From assembly GCA_000934665.2 (NCBI GenBank), contig KZ538927.1, forward strand, positions 1 to 39,945: a stretch of DNA of 39,945 nt, written 5' to 3'. The notes under the pieces were generated by a model. It ran no database searches. It was not told the origin of the DNA and saw nothing but the letters and a program-made list of their open reading frames with translations. The translations under genes and the position numbers were made by a program. This document shows positions 13,910 through 25,124 of the stretch, piece by piece. The stretch is from Catajapyx aquilonaris. Its lineage: Eukaryota. The stretch's first letter is position 1. Each line of letters begins with the position of its first letter.

Positions 13910-14131
13910 GGGGCTTTTTCCGTAGGGAGCAGCACTCCCCACCGACCTAACCACTCGATCAGGAGAGTGCCCGTCTCCAGTTAGGCACATATTATTTCGT
14001 GCGGTAAGAGTTTTCACTATAGCACGAGAGAGTGAACAAAATATCGAGAAGTTCCTCCGCCTGACCGGAGGATAGAGGTGGAGACCTCAGAAGTGGAAAG
14101 CTGTGACGTTAGCCACTACACCACGGTAGCC
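13910..14131 (-). mobile_element. Degenerate tRNA-derived SINE remnant(s)
   Basis: Minus-strand head with A box TGGTGTAGTGG (~14113-14123) and decayed B box; a second A-box-like TGATCGAGTGG near 13950-13960. No TSD found. Confidence 0.35.
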
Positions 14132-14403
14132 TCGTCTCGTAAATAATTATCACTAAACAAAGAGTGCATTTTGCCATCATTAATGTCACGGATATAGATT
14201 ACGAAATTTAAGTTTCCGATGCTCCCGATGTTTCCGAGTTGTCCGAGGCAATGAAAATGTCGTACTCGTAACGAGTACGACATTTTCATTGCCTCGGACA
14301 TTGTCGTCTGCACTGAATAATATCGTAACTTAAATATAAATGTCATGGCGACATCTGATTATAAAAGGCTACGTCGCTCAGAAGGAAACATCCTGACAAT
14401 GTA

Positions 14404-15428
14404 CAGGGTGGACGGAAAGTTTCGGACCCCCCCCCNCCCCCAGGTTTTTTAACCCTACTTTTCACAGCTTCTTTTCACATCTTTTAAAAGTCCACAAGCA
14501 GTTCTAATGTACACTATCTTTTGAAGCATAATCTTGAGAACATCTGAGCACCTTCGCTCTCGCAATTCCATTAATAACTTCGCCTATGTGACTCATCTAA
14601 ACATCCTATCTGTTTTGCGGTTATTTTGCTTGTTGCCTTGGAGGACCCCTGGTCATATTCTGCGTCAGATAACGTTTTTATGACCCTTTTCCATGAGTTC
14701 CCATTCATGCAAATGTTGTGAGCTCACTCCTGACCTTATTTTTCGCATTGGTCCATAACCTGATCCAATAAAAATTTGAAAAGGAATGCATGAAATGGCG
14801 GACCCTGACGCATTACTTTCGAATTCTCACATTGGTACCATCACATTTGTCTCCATTTTTACTTTAAAATAATTTTTTGGTGCGAAAGGACGTGAACGAA
14901 AGGATGTGTCATGTTGATTGATTTACCAAGGTAGGACTGTTTACTGTCCTTTCCCACCCAAAAAATTATTTTAAAGTAAAAATGGAGACAAATGTGATGG
15001 TACGTGCCAATTCGAAAGTAATGCATCCGGGTCCGCCATTTCATGCATTCCTTTTCAAATTTTTGTTGGACCAGGTTATGGACCAATGCGAAAAATAAGG
15101 TCAGGAGTGAGTTCACAACATTTGCATGGAGAGGAACTCATGGAAAATTGTCATAAAAACCTTATCTAACGCAGAATATGACCAGGTGTCCTCCAAGGCA
15201 ACAAGCAAAATAAACGCAAAACAGATATGATGTTTAGATGAGTCACAGAGGCGAAGTTATTAATGGAATTGCGAGAGCGAAGGTGCTCAGATGTTCTCAA
15301 GATTACGCTTCAAAAGATAGTGTACATTAGAACTGCTTGTGGACTTTTAAAAGATGTGAAAAGACGCTGTGAAAAGTAGGGTTAAAAAATCTGGGGGGGG
15401 GGGGGTCCGAAACTTTCCGTCCACCCTG
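14404..15428. mobile_element. Tc1/mariner-type foldback MITE (~1 kb palindrome)
   Basis: TA|CAGGGTGGACGGAAAG...CTTTCCGTCCACCCTG|TA; arms ~14404-14897 and ~14938-15428 are near-identical inverted repeats around a ~40-nt loop. Confidence 0.93.
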
Positions 15429-16831
15429 TATTTTATGCCGTGTGTTTTAAGCTCATCATCTGGGTAACAAGACTGCGGAGAGCACCATCTTTACATGAAG
15501 TAATGCTCTGGTCAGCAGAAGTTCACCCTAAAAGTTTGTCGGAATCGTTATTAGACACCATGTAGAAAAAATGGGGTTTGAGGTTCTCTTTCTTTCCACC
15601 TCTGCCGTCCTGACGGAAAAATTCTGCGCCGTCTGCTATTTTCAATAAGGTTCGGCTTTGCTCACCCAGAAGGCAGAAGATGGTGTTACCACCACGAAGT
15701 GATTTCAAGACGTTGTTTAGATATCAGAAGATGATTTGACACAAATATAATGCATCATCATTATTTAGATACTTTCACACTTGAATGCGCATGTTTGAGC
15801 CCGACAAGAACTTAAACCACTATCCTCTAAGTTAATGGCAATCCTCGAGCAAAAGGAGTAATTAGGAACGGGTAATATTAATTTCTGCCTTAATAGCCAA
15901 TGCTAATACCACCATCATTAGACCCTGTTATGTGTATTCAAAGTTCATCATCCCCTCACCGCCCCTCACCAATTATCGTATACGAAGATATTACGTTGTC
16001 AGTTTGAATGGACGCCATTCTCTTTTTGCGTAATCAGTGGCAGCCGAATGAGTGCAAGGAGCAGAGATCAGAAGGAGAATGTGAAATAATTCAGACCATT
16101 ACGCAGGGGCGGGAAGGGGGGAAAGGGATTGAACGTGACCCGAAAGACTTGCCCGGATTGGCGGCTACAGGGGTCTCATTTGACGCCGGAAGATACGGGC
16201 CCGCTCCAGTGTGGGATAATCGATGGGCCCTGAAAGGATTCTACATGCACAGCCACCACTTTCCTAACCCCTCTACCAGCTCTCTCCCTCCCCTCACCAA
16301 GGTGGGGAGGGGAAAAAATGGAGGAAATGCAGTGGCAGCAGAGGGGATGGGATGGGGGGGGGGGGGGNTGGCGGGCATCTCACCAAGAATGGCGATTAGC
16401 TTCTAAACTTCGATCAATTCTCAGCCCTTTTGCGACTGTTATCCGGATAGTTTTCCTAAAAGCAACCTTGTTCTTGCGGGGGAGAGGGACGCCATCTTTT
16501 GTGAGGAGATGGTTCAATTGGTGTGCTGATAAAGTAGATTGGGGCCGAAGGAGTCTTGGTTTCACTGAAAACTAACACTAAGCTTTCCTTTGGTTTATGT
16601 GACACTTTGCCTAAGTAACATGCGAGGTACCCGGGATATAAAGGCTTCAAGGGTCGTAGCTGCACACGTAGCCTACTGGAACTTTACCCCACACTATCTC
16701 ATGAACTTAATGCTCGGGTTATTTTTGAATATATGCGAATCTCTGATTCCGATTTAAACGCATTTAAACTAATATGATTTGTAATCGGACAGGGGATGTA
16801 TAAGAGTTACGTGTTACGTGTGTGCACATAT

Positions 16832-17499
16832 GAGGAGCTCCCAAGCAAAAAAGTAGCTAACTCCAATAGAGGGGGAAAATGAGAAAAAAATGAGAAGTGG
16901 CATTAGATTCTCCATGTGGTCCTCTACCAAGTACCCAAATATGGTGCAGCACAGCCACATAGAAATGGGTGTCAAATGGCCCCAAATGTGCGTGTCCTAA
17001 GCAAAACCAGCTAATTCCCAGCCACGAAATACGTTTGTATCAAGCAAAAGCAGCTAACTCCAAGTTTGAGTGCAAACAAGCCAGCTCCAATGTGATAATT
17101 TTTCCATAATGTTAAATGCGTTAAATTTAGTTTTTTCCGTATCTCTGAGAAACATATATACATGTGACTGTCTCAGGAGTGGTGGAATCAGCATTTTAAC
17201 ATTCTCCATATTATTGTAAAAATAATAATTTCTGTAGAAAAAATACTTTTTTCAAGCAAAACCAGCTAACTCCAGAGGATTCGAAGCAAAATGAGCTAAC
17301 TCCAAATGACCTCCTAATTTGTGGCTAAACTACCAATCCAAGATTTTCAAAACTTACGTTAAAAATGCATAAAAATGCCATCTCATGACTCCCCTATCAG
17401 CTACTTTCAGTTTGCAACCGTTTCCAAATGACAGGTTTTTATCATCTCCTGTACAGTTACTTACGTATTATGGAGTTAGCTGCTTTTGCTTGGGAGCTC
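16832..17499. mobile_element. Sola2-like MITE
   Basis: TIR GAGCTCCCAAGCAAAA..AGCTAACTCCA; GAG termini; 4-bp TSD ATAT (16828-16831, 17500-17503); internal copies of AAGCAAAA..AGCTAA(C/T)TCC at ~16999, 17042, 17253, 17284. Confidence 0.7.
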
Positions 17500-17628
17500 A
17501 TATAATGTGTAGTCTATCAACAACCTGGAACTGGTTGTGACCTCGACTTGGTCACCAATCCCTACCACTATTATGGAGTCACACTCATGATGACATGAAA
17601 GATTGTTGTGGGACGGAGGAACAAGTAG

Positions 17629-18387
17629 TAGGCCCCGTGAATTGACCAGTCAGACCTGTACCCGAGGCTCAATTGACACCAGAGGATCATGTTATGTAGA
17701 GGAGTCATTATCTCTGGGCAGCCTCATTACTGAGATAATTGCCTTTATACAGGGAGACGGAGTGGCGCCGCGGTAACGCGTGCGCTCACGGAAGTTAAGG
17801 TCCCGGGTTCAATCCCCACCCGGGGTTCCCACCTTCTTTCGTGCAGAGTTGGGCCATCTCTGGCTTCGTTTCGGGTGGCAATTTCCGATAGACTAAGCCA
17901 CCCGGGGGAGTTCACAAAATGACCAATTAACGACAGCGCACATGCACTTTGCACATCCCCTCCTAATTACCCTTGGAGCAATTAAGATATAAGTATATGT
18001 ATCGCTCCAAACCACAAATGGTGGTAACCCACCCCCCTAGAAATGGCCTATCGGCCAGATAACGGGGTACAGGAAAAAAAATTGCCTTTATACGACAAGT
18101 ACAAAGTATCCTGGGAGGTATGGAAACCTTCAGCTCCGAAATCGCATCAGGTGTGAAAATAGCAGCTTTTCCATTTGGCTACTAGCATGTCGCATGTGTA
18201 CTGCATGTTGCATGTGATCTGTGACAATCTGTGACAATCACTCTTAGGCCCAATCGCTAAATGGCAAATGATCAATTATCTCAGTAATGAGGCTGCCCAG
18301 ACATAATGACTCCTCTACATAACATGATCCTCTGGTGTCAATTGAGCCACGGGTACAGGTCTGACTGGTCAATTCACTGACACCCTA
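17629..18387. mobile_element. Tc1/mariner-type MITE, homologous to 35251-35697, interrupted by a SINE
   Basis: About 100-bp TIR (17637-17741 versus ~18273-18377); right terminus reads TA-TAGGGTGTC; left terminal ~10 bp decayed. Confidence 0.8.
17751..18079 (+). mobile_element. tRNA-derived SINE with A tail, nested in a MITE
   Basis: A box TGGCGCCGCGG, B box GGTTCAATCCC; perfect 14-bp TSD AATTGCCTTTATAC at 17737-17750 and 18080-18093. Confidence 0.9.
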
Positions 18388-18711
18388 TATAAGTTCCCAT
18401 CGTATTCGGATAATAATTTCAGCTTGTTCGCTTTTGTTTGGCAATGATGATGACACATACTGTTAATTCGCATGCTCGTTGTGCACAAGCGATTGGCGAG
18501 GCCTTTTATAGTCCGGGTGCTAAGGGTTTTAACTTTGTATTTTGTGATAAAAGTATTTGTCACCGAATCCAAGCTCTCTATTCAAATGAAAACGACGTAT
18601 GTTGTATACGATCTGTTGGATATGGCAATTGGCAACCCTGCTGCTAGTGACCTCCAGTCCGGTCATCGTGGCCCCACATCTGCACATGTTCAAAAGTGTC
18701 GAAAGACCAAT

Positions 18712-19543
18712 GGGGCTGGCCAGGCGCAAACTACACCACCAGTTGGCGCTAGTGGGCAATTGTGTGTTATTTGCTATTTTAGGGAGGGCTCGTAGAGCTA
18801 TTCGTGAGCGCGACTCTGACCGCGACCAATAACGGCTACTGTATAACTTTATACTGATATGTTCCAGGAATAATTAGCCTTACAGATGAAATTCATGACG
18901 GAATCACGGATTAACAGCAACATCGCACCGTAATCTTCCCAAATGTTATGGGAAACGCAATACCCTTGCAATGTAGGCAAGACTTCTAAGTAGCCGCTAT
19001 TGCCTTCGACTAAGTGATTTGGCTTGACTTTAGAGCCAGATTAGCCAGATAGTATCGTGCGGGTATCGCGCATGTGTATCGTGGATCCCATGCTTCTTGC
19101 ACTCCGTGCTTCTTGCCTTCACCTCCTCTCCTTCCTCCTTCCTCCTTCCTCCGAATTGCCACCCTCCACTTCAGGTTTAATGCCGGATCTTTTGGAAAGG
19201 AATGCCCGGTGGTTGTGTTGGTGCATCCTGGCACCGCGCACGTGTGGGGCATCGCTCGTGTCAGGGTCGGCCGAAATTGGCGCCCTATCGGTGGTTTCTT
19301 CCTTATTTTTTTGAGCTTTTGCGGGACTCTGAGCTCGACCGCCGCCTTCGCACTTCCACACACGAACTATCCCGCCTCTATTACCACTATAAAGTGTTAC
19401 CCACACTCACACCCGAGTCCAATAAAAAATCAAACAAAAACCTCGTTGAGCAGATCTTTTACATGCAATAGTTCATGATCGATAGAATGCTACACACAAT
19501 TGCCCACTAACGCTACCATGCGGTTAGTGCGCTGGCCAGCCCC
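18712..19543 (-). mobile_element. ISL2EU-like deletion derivative carrying a THAP-domain N-terminus
   Basis: TIR GGGGCTGGCCAG(G)CGCA plus subterminal TAGTGGGCAATTGTGTGT; AT on both sides (18710-18711, 19544-19545); internal THAP-like reading frame. Confidence 0.7.
19010..19252 (-). pseudogene. Truncated THAP zinc-finger (transposase N-terminus)
   Basis: MPHTCAVPGCTNTTTGHSFPKDPALNLKWRVAIRR matches THAP C-x4-C, H.FP and W motifs; the distal C-x2-H and DDE domain are absent, replaced by GA-rich sequence. Confidence 0.8.
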
Positions 19544-19991
19544 ATTGCGGAGAGTTACATGTTTTTATCACTGAATGCAAGATCCTTATTCATGTAGCGG
19601 TATGTTATTACACATTGTCACTATGGCAACCCTGCTAAATTGACCTCCAGCGTGGTGAATCATCGTGGCCCCACGTCCAGAGAAAGAGTGTACCGAGTTT
19701 CATACTTTTATCACAAAATGCAAAGTTTGGGCCAAATGCACCTGGACTATTACATAAGAGCGCTTAAGCTGAAATTAATATTGTATGAATTTGCATGTTT
19801 AACTTACTGCAATACACTTTTATTATTTACCGCATTGAATCGGCCATTTAAACATATTAACATCTCTGATACTACATGCAAGTTGTTGATTAGTTGTTAA
19901 CCGCTTCATTACGTACATCATCATTTTGCGCCAAAATTCCGAAAATTATTGCCCACTATGGAATTTACATTCCCAACTATTTACAAATCTA

Positions 19992-20723
19992 CAGGGTCAT
20001 CGAAAAAGAATGTCCCAATTTGAAAACTCTATATGTTAACTCGACAACTTGTAGACATATCTTACTGATTTAAGTTTTGAAATGCTCAGAAGTGTCTAAA
20101 GGTTTGGCCTTACCGCATAACATTAGTTTTGATATGAGCTCCGTTTGTCGCTCGAAAAATTTAAATACGGTAATCGGTATCGTGCCAAACCCTCTCAGGC
20201 ATGTCTGGCGTCACCGTTGCAATCTTTTCCCATAGGTGCTGGTGATGCCGGATCTTTGCACCATACATGTGTCTCCACAAAAAAGTCCATCGGGGTAAGA
20301 TCTGGGCTTCTGGAGCAGATAGGCATGGCGAAACTTCTCATTAAAGACTTCCCACACTGGGAGGCTGAACAAATGAAACTTTCCTACGGCAGGTTTGTTT
20401 CGTGGATGAGGCGACTTTTTATGTGAATCATCAAGAACTATGTGTGTGGTGTAAAGACCCAATATATCAATATTGCCTACGGGATAGGATTGCGACGGTA
20501 ACTCCAGATATGATTGATAGGGTTTGGCATAACACCGATTACCTCCTTTTTTATCTGCCAAGCGACACATGAAGATCATATCGAAACAAATATTAAGGTG
20601 AGACCAAAACTTTAGAGTTTAGACCTTTCGGAGCATTTCGAAACTTAAATCATTCAGATATGTCTACAATAATTTCCGAGTTATAGGGTTTATAAATTGG
20701 GACATTCTTTTTCGATGACCCTG
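19992..20723 (-). mobile_element. Internally deleted Tc1/mariner element
   Basis: TA|CAGGGTCATCGAAAAAGAATGTCCCAATTT at both ends, ~110-bp imperfect TIR; minus-strand relics SRSPDLTPMDFF (~20280-20315) and RATNGAHI (~20130-20155). Confidence 0.88.
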
Positions 20724-21269
20724 TATTACAATAATTATTATTTATGTTCAGTTTTTAGTGTAAATGATAACAAATCCTCTGGAGATTATCCGATTATAAT
20801 TTTCGCAGCAATTATACGGAAATTGAATTAATTGCACTCGAATATCTGTCATATTCTACTATTATTGAATTAAAATATGCCATTGTGTTGACTCTCCACA
20901 AAAAAATATACAAAATATCTATCAGCTTGCATAAATATTTTAATTGCCAGTTATTATTGTAAAATATTGTTATTATCGAAATCAGTAATATTTCTAGGTA
21001 AAAAATGCTCTAAAATTGCACAGTTCGGGATTAAACGTGAATATAATATCCGTTAACTTCATTCAGTTGCCGACAGCGAAAAATTACTTTAAATATACTG
21101 TATGTTCTTGTGAGATTTTCGCATGTGACAGTGCGTCCGGAGTGGAGAATCTTACAGCATTCACATTTGGAATGGCATTTTAAACGGATAGAAAAGTTCA
21201 GAAATTAGTCACTGTGGCAGTTTTAAAGGTGCTGCAATTTTTACCAAGCCGAGGTGGTGTCTTCATTTT

Positions 21270-21710
21270 AGACTTTTTCGAAGAAAAAAGTCTTATAGAA
21301 TGGCTCTGTCTGTCTGTGGACAAGTATCAGACAGACAGACAGAGAGAGAGAGAGCCATACTATAAGACTTTTCTCGAGCCCCCTGGCTGCTCCTTGGCTG
21401 CCCCCTCCCCCTGACCGCCCATTCCCCCCAGACCAGACAGACATACAGAGCCGTTCTACAAGTATAAGACTTTTTTCGATTTTCAGGTTCCGGGTTCACT
21501 CTATCCGCCCCTTCCCCCTGGCTGCTCCCTCACCCACCACCCCTTCCCCCTGACCGCCCATTCTCCCCAGGCTGTCCCTGTGCCCCTGACCTCCCAGTCT
21601 CCCCACCGCCCAATCCCCCATATTACCCTTTCCCCCCTCCCTGTCCCGTGACTGACGTTGGAGAAAATAGCCGTAAACATGAAAAAGTCTACTCTAATCC
21701 CGCTCACGTA
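21270..21710 (-). mobile_element. DINE-1/Helentron-like repeat, inverted relative to the 6850-7875 copies
   Basis: GACTTTTTTCGATTTTCAGGTTCCGGGTTCACTCTATCCGC is the reverse complement of ~7726-7768; same AAGTCTTATAG-(GTCT)n-CTATAAGACTT module; AAGTCTACTCTAATC shared with ~7194. Confidence 0.55.
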
Positions 21711-21739
21711 ATTTGCCAATCTTGTTTTACAATATTGTA

Positions 21740-21901
21740 CAGTACTGGCCAATAATCGAGGCAACGACTAGCGACATTTTCCCGAAGCGGCAGAAGAAGG
21801 AATCGAAGATAAGCATGCTCCAAGCCGGGCGAGCAAGATTCCTTTTTCTGCCGCTTCGGGAAAATGTCGCTAGTCGTTGCCTCGATTATGGGCCAGTATT
21901 G
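21740..21901. mobile_element. Short Tc1-like hairpin MITE
   Basis: About 65-bp arms CAGTACTGGCCAATAATCGAGGC...GAAGGAATC with a ~30-nt spacer; terminus resembles the Tc1 end CAGTGCTGGCC; TA on the left. Confidence 0.8.
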
Positions 21902-23710
21902 CACCAAGTGGACATGAGAATTTTAGTGCACAAGGGCAACTAGCTGAAGCATATAAAGGTCATCCAGTTAGACTTGAGCCTGGTATTTAAACAATGTAAA
22001 TAATTATAAGCTCTCATTAACTCGACATTGTTTCAGACATTTTTTGTCTTGGAGACTGTGACTGATGTAGCAGAAAATGGAAGACTTTACTAACAGCAAG
22101 ACGTACAGAGTAATTCAATGCGTGGTTCAATTTCGACCAAACTGTGACTCTTATTGAGATAGTCCTTCATTTCAGATCTTCAAGAGATTGGTGAAGAAAT
22201 GCCTTTTGTCATTTACATATTAGCCTACTCACATTTCGCCCATGTTGATCCAAATCTGCATGATGTATAGTCATGCAACAAACCTGACCTTTTTTGGAGG
22301 CCGATCGCTGTCTTTGCCGAATAATGCATAGACTTCAGCATGCACTAAGGTTATATCAAAAGAGGAAGTGACCCTTCCTCCAATTCTGATTTGTCCTGTT
22401 GCAAAAAAGTAGTTAAGACAGTTAAGAGAGAGGCCTAGCGTGATGTTTAGTGGGATCACGTTAGCTCTACATCACCGCCAGGAAATTATATCTGTGCTAT
22501 TTATCACTCCGCCTCACGATAACTTCTCATCCATATTCATATCTTATGCACGACCTCTGGCCGTGAGGTTCGTATCTTCAGAATCCAACATAAGTGCTTT
22601 TCTAAAGCACTACTCGGGCATGGTAAGGGAAATCAGGGATTACAAGAGTTTTTCTCATAATTTATTATTATACTTTATATGCGACTTAAAAACCTGAATC
22701 ATACAGGAAAGTATATCGATATCTATAAACTGCCAGGTACGGAGAGATTTAAGTTCTGATATGATAATATGGGCTATATTTCACGATTGAAAGTTCACGT
22801 GAAGCAGTAAGATATTAACGCAATGAAATTGGGTCAAAATGTTGCATCGGAAATTATTATCAAGAAAGGAAAGTTTTCTCGATCCTATACCTATTTCTTT
22901 TTTCCAATATGCAGTTGCTGTGTCACCCACTTATCAAATACTATAATGATAAATGGTGGTCATCCGACAAGGTGGAAGAGGTTAAGGGCACATCCGGTGA
23001 CTATAGATGACTGTCCAAAGTTGCCTGTATTTCAGAGTCCCGCAGGAACTGTAGGTTCTGCCTTATTTCTGTTTATACATTATAGTGCGAGGTGGTTCTC
23101 AAATCGGAAAAGCTTAAGAAGTGTCAAAGAAAGCTAAAAATTAAAGAAGCTAAAGGTCATGCCACTCACTGGATTGAACTTAATTTTGTGACTAAAACAA
23201 ATACCGTATTATTCTATATAACTCTTTTCTTAGGATTAGGGTTGTTGTCAGTTGGCACACGAAAATGCAAAACTAACAATCTCTATTTTTTTCTTCTTCA
23301 AATATTTCCTTGCTACGGTGTACTGACATAACCACGAAGGAAATCCTATTGCCTCTCCTGCAAAGGCTTTATTTCGTGACGTAAGCCTAGGTTGTTGTTG
23401 TAAGCAATCATTTTATGTTGTCCGGTAGGTTTCGACCACCGTACAGGCGCATTCATAAACCTACGTGTTAGCGGCGTTGGATAAGGAGCGAGATGACTTT
23501 CTGGACGTGACTAATCGATGCGTAGACCATTTAGCCATCACTCGCCCCTCACAAAGTTCAATGCTGTATCCGACGGAAACAAATAAGGGACAGTGAAGCT
23601 CATCGTTTGACACCAAAAAACGGCTCAATTTTGGTGCGACAGTGTCAATATGTGTGAGTGCGCCTAAACAATAACTTATTATGAGGAAAGTTTGTGAAAG
23701 TTTGACTTAC

Positions 23711-23824
23711 CAAAATGGTTGTGACGATATAAGTTCTATTCTTCTCTACTCCAACTTTAGGCGTAATTCGGACATACTTGGGCGGCATGTTCACGAATCC
23801 TTTATCATCAGACCACTCGCCAAT
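23711..23824 (-). CDS. GluR1: GluR1-like exon d (ATD-S1 linker)
   Basis: cag|IGEWSDDKGFVNMPPKYVRITPKVGVEKNRTYIVTTIL|gtaagt; 114 nt, phase 0-0. NRTYIVTTIL marks the start of S1 in AMPA-type receptors. Confidence 0.95.
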
Positions 23825-23970
23825 CTGCGGAGACAAAGTAAAAGTCCTACGTGACAGGTCGGAAAATCATAAAATTGTTAGTACCCTGCTTTCCTAGGAA
23901 AAACTCAACATTAATAATGCTTATGACGTTAAATATGCATTACTTATACATGTAACGTGTTCCATAAACA

Positions 23971-24241
23971 TCATCATCATCATCATCATCATCATCACCA
24001 TCACCACCATCACCATCACCATCACCATCACCATCATGACATTTCCCTGTGAGGGGTACTCAGTGATGAAGCTAGACTCAAGCTAACCCAATATATGAAC
24101 CAAATTAAAACTTGTGAAAATAAACCTATAAACAACCCGTCCCACACCCCACCCCTGCCCACCTCAGACGACAGACACTCAATANCCCCCTCGCCACCAG
24201 CAACTACTCAGGACGCGGACGACCTGGGTGTGTGTGTGCGT
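23971..24241 (-). mobile_element. 5'-truncated non-LTR retroelement with (TGA/TGG)n tail
   Basis: 14-bp direct repeat GTGTTCCATAAACA at 23957-23970 and 24242-24255; (CAT/CAC)n at 23969-24037 abuts the left repeat. Confidence 0.78.
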
Positions 24242-24653
24242 GTGTTCCATAAACAGTGCATATAAAATCGAAGCAACATCCTGGAGAAGTATGCATATCC
24301 GTCGTACAGCAGCCCAGTGGTTGAGAAAATGTGCGACAGATGGAGGGTGTGTGCAGGAGTTTCAGTCTACATGCACTTCTCCCTGTTCGTTATAGATGGC
24401 GCTCATGTGCTCAGTCGCAGTGATGGTGCTTGGAATTATTCTTTGAAGAGTGTGGGGCACCAGCCTCTTTCGATCAACTCCCTTTTTATTCCCTAACTGT
24501 AGAATATTGCGTATTACAGTCACGTGACTCGCAGTGAATTGCTAACAAAATTTTAGAATAATAACTTATAAGCGAAATGCCTTTTGGTACGGTATATGTC
24601 ATACACTACCGGTGCCGTTACCGTATACCTTATTAAATATTGAAATACATTAA

Positions 24654-25124
24654 CCCTTAACTACGTAGGTGGAGCCTGAGAGGCTCCAAGCACTATTTAA
24701 ACGCATGTAACTTTTTAATTGAATTTTATTTTCCCCTGTCCTTCCGTGACTTTGTCAGAAAAATCTTCCTAAGCATGAAAAGGAAAGAAAAAAATTTTTA
24801 GTCCCTATTCTTTGGTTTAAAAAAATTCGTAACGAGGAACAGGTCCCTCCTGGAGCCGCTCAGGCTCTATATCTCAGGTGAAGCCTGAGCGGCTCGAACA
24901 CATGATGTAACCTTTTAATTAAGAATTTTTCCCTGTCGGAATATGCTGACTCAGCGTGTGATTTTTACGTTATCGGAAGCCTAATGATCTGAACTGCACT
25001 TTCTGTATGTGAAAAGTCCAATGTAACAATTTAGTTGATAAGCAGAAATTTAAATATTCCGTTGGAGCCTCTCAGGCTCCACCTACGTAGTTAAAGGTGT
25101 TTAACCCCCCTACGTAGTTAAGGG
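24654..25124. mobile_element. piggyBac-like MITE
   Basis: TTAA|CCCTTAACTACGTAGG...CCTACGTAGTTAAGGG|TTAA; palindromic GGAGCC-N5-GGCTCC subterminal motif present about four times. Confidence 0.88.

Larger units (their letters stand above)
18509..19749. mobile_element. Academ-like MITE
   Basis: Termini TAGTCC(G/A)GGTGC; subterminal inverted ACTTTG(T/C)ATTTTGTGATAAAAGTAT; 3-bp TSD TTA (18506-18508, 19750-19752); internal direct repeat TGGCAACCCTGCT...TCATCGTGGCCCCAC at ~18630 and ~19624. Confidence 0.7.

Noticed and set aside
16999..17305. CRISPR-like spaced repeats AAGCAAAA..AGCTAACTCC
   Set aside because: Irregular spacing, eukaryotic context, and the motif is part of the TIR of the enclosing MITE.
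17637..18377. An element (CACCAGAGG...) that targets palindrome centres or creates inverted flank duplications
   Set aside because: The locus-specific flanks here and at 35251-35697 have equal length (47 bp), are alignable and end in (C/T)AGGGTG, so they are part of the TIR.
23425..23465. Hairpin with CGAAAC on the minus strand resembling a Penelope hammerhead
   Set aside because: The CTGANGA core is absent.
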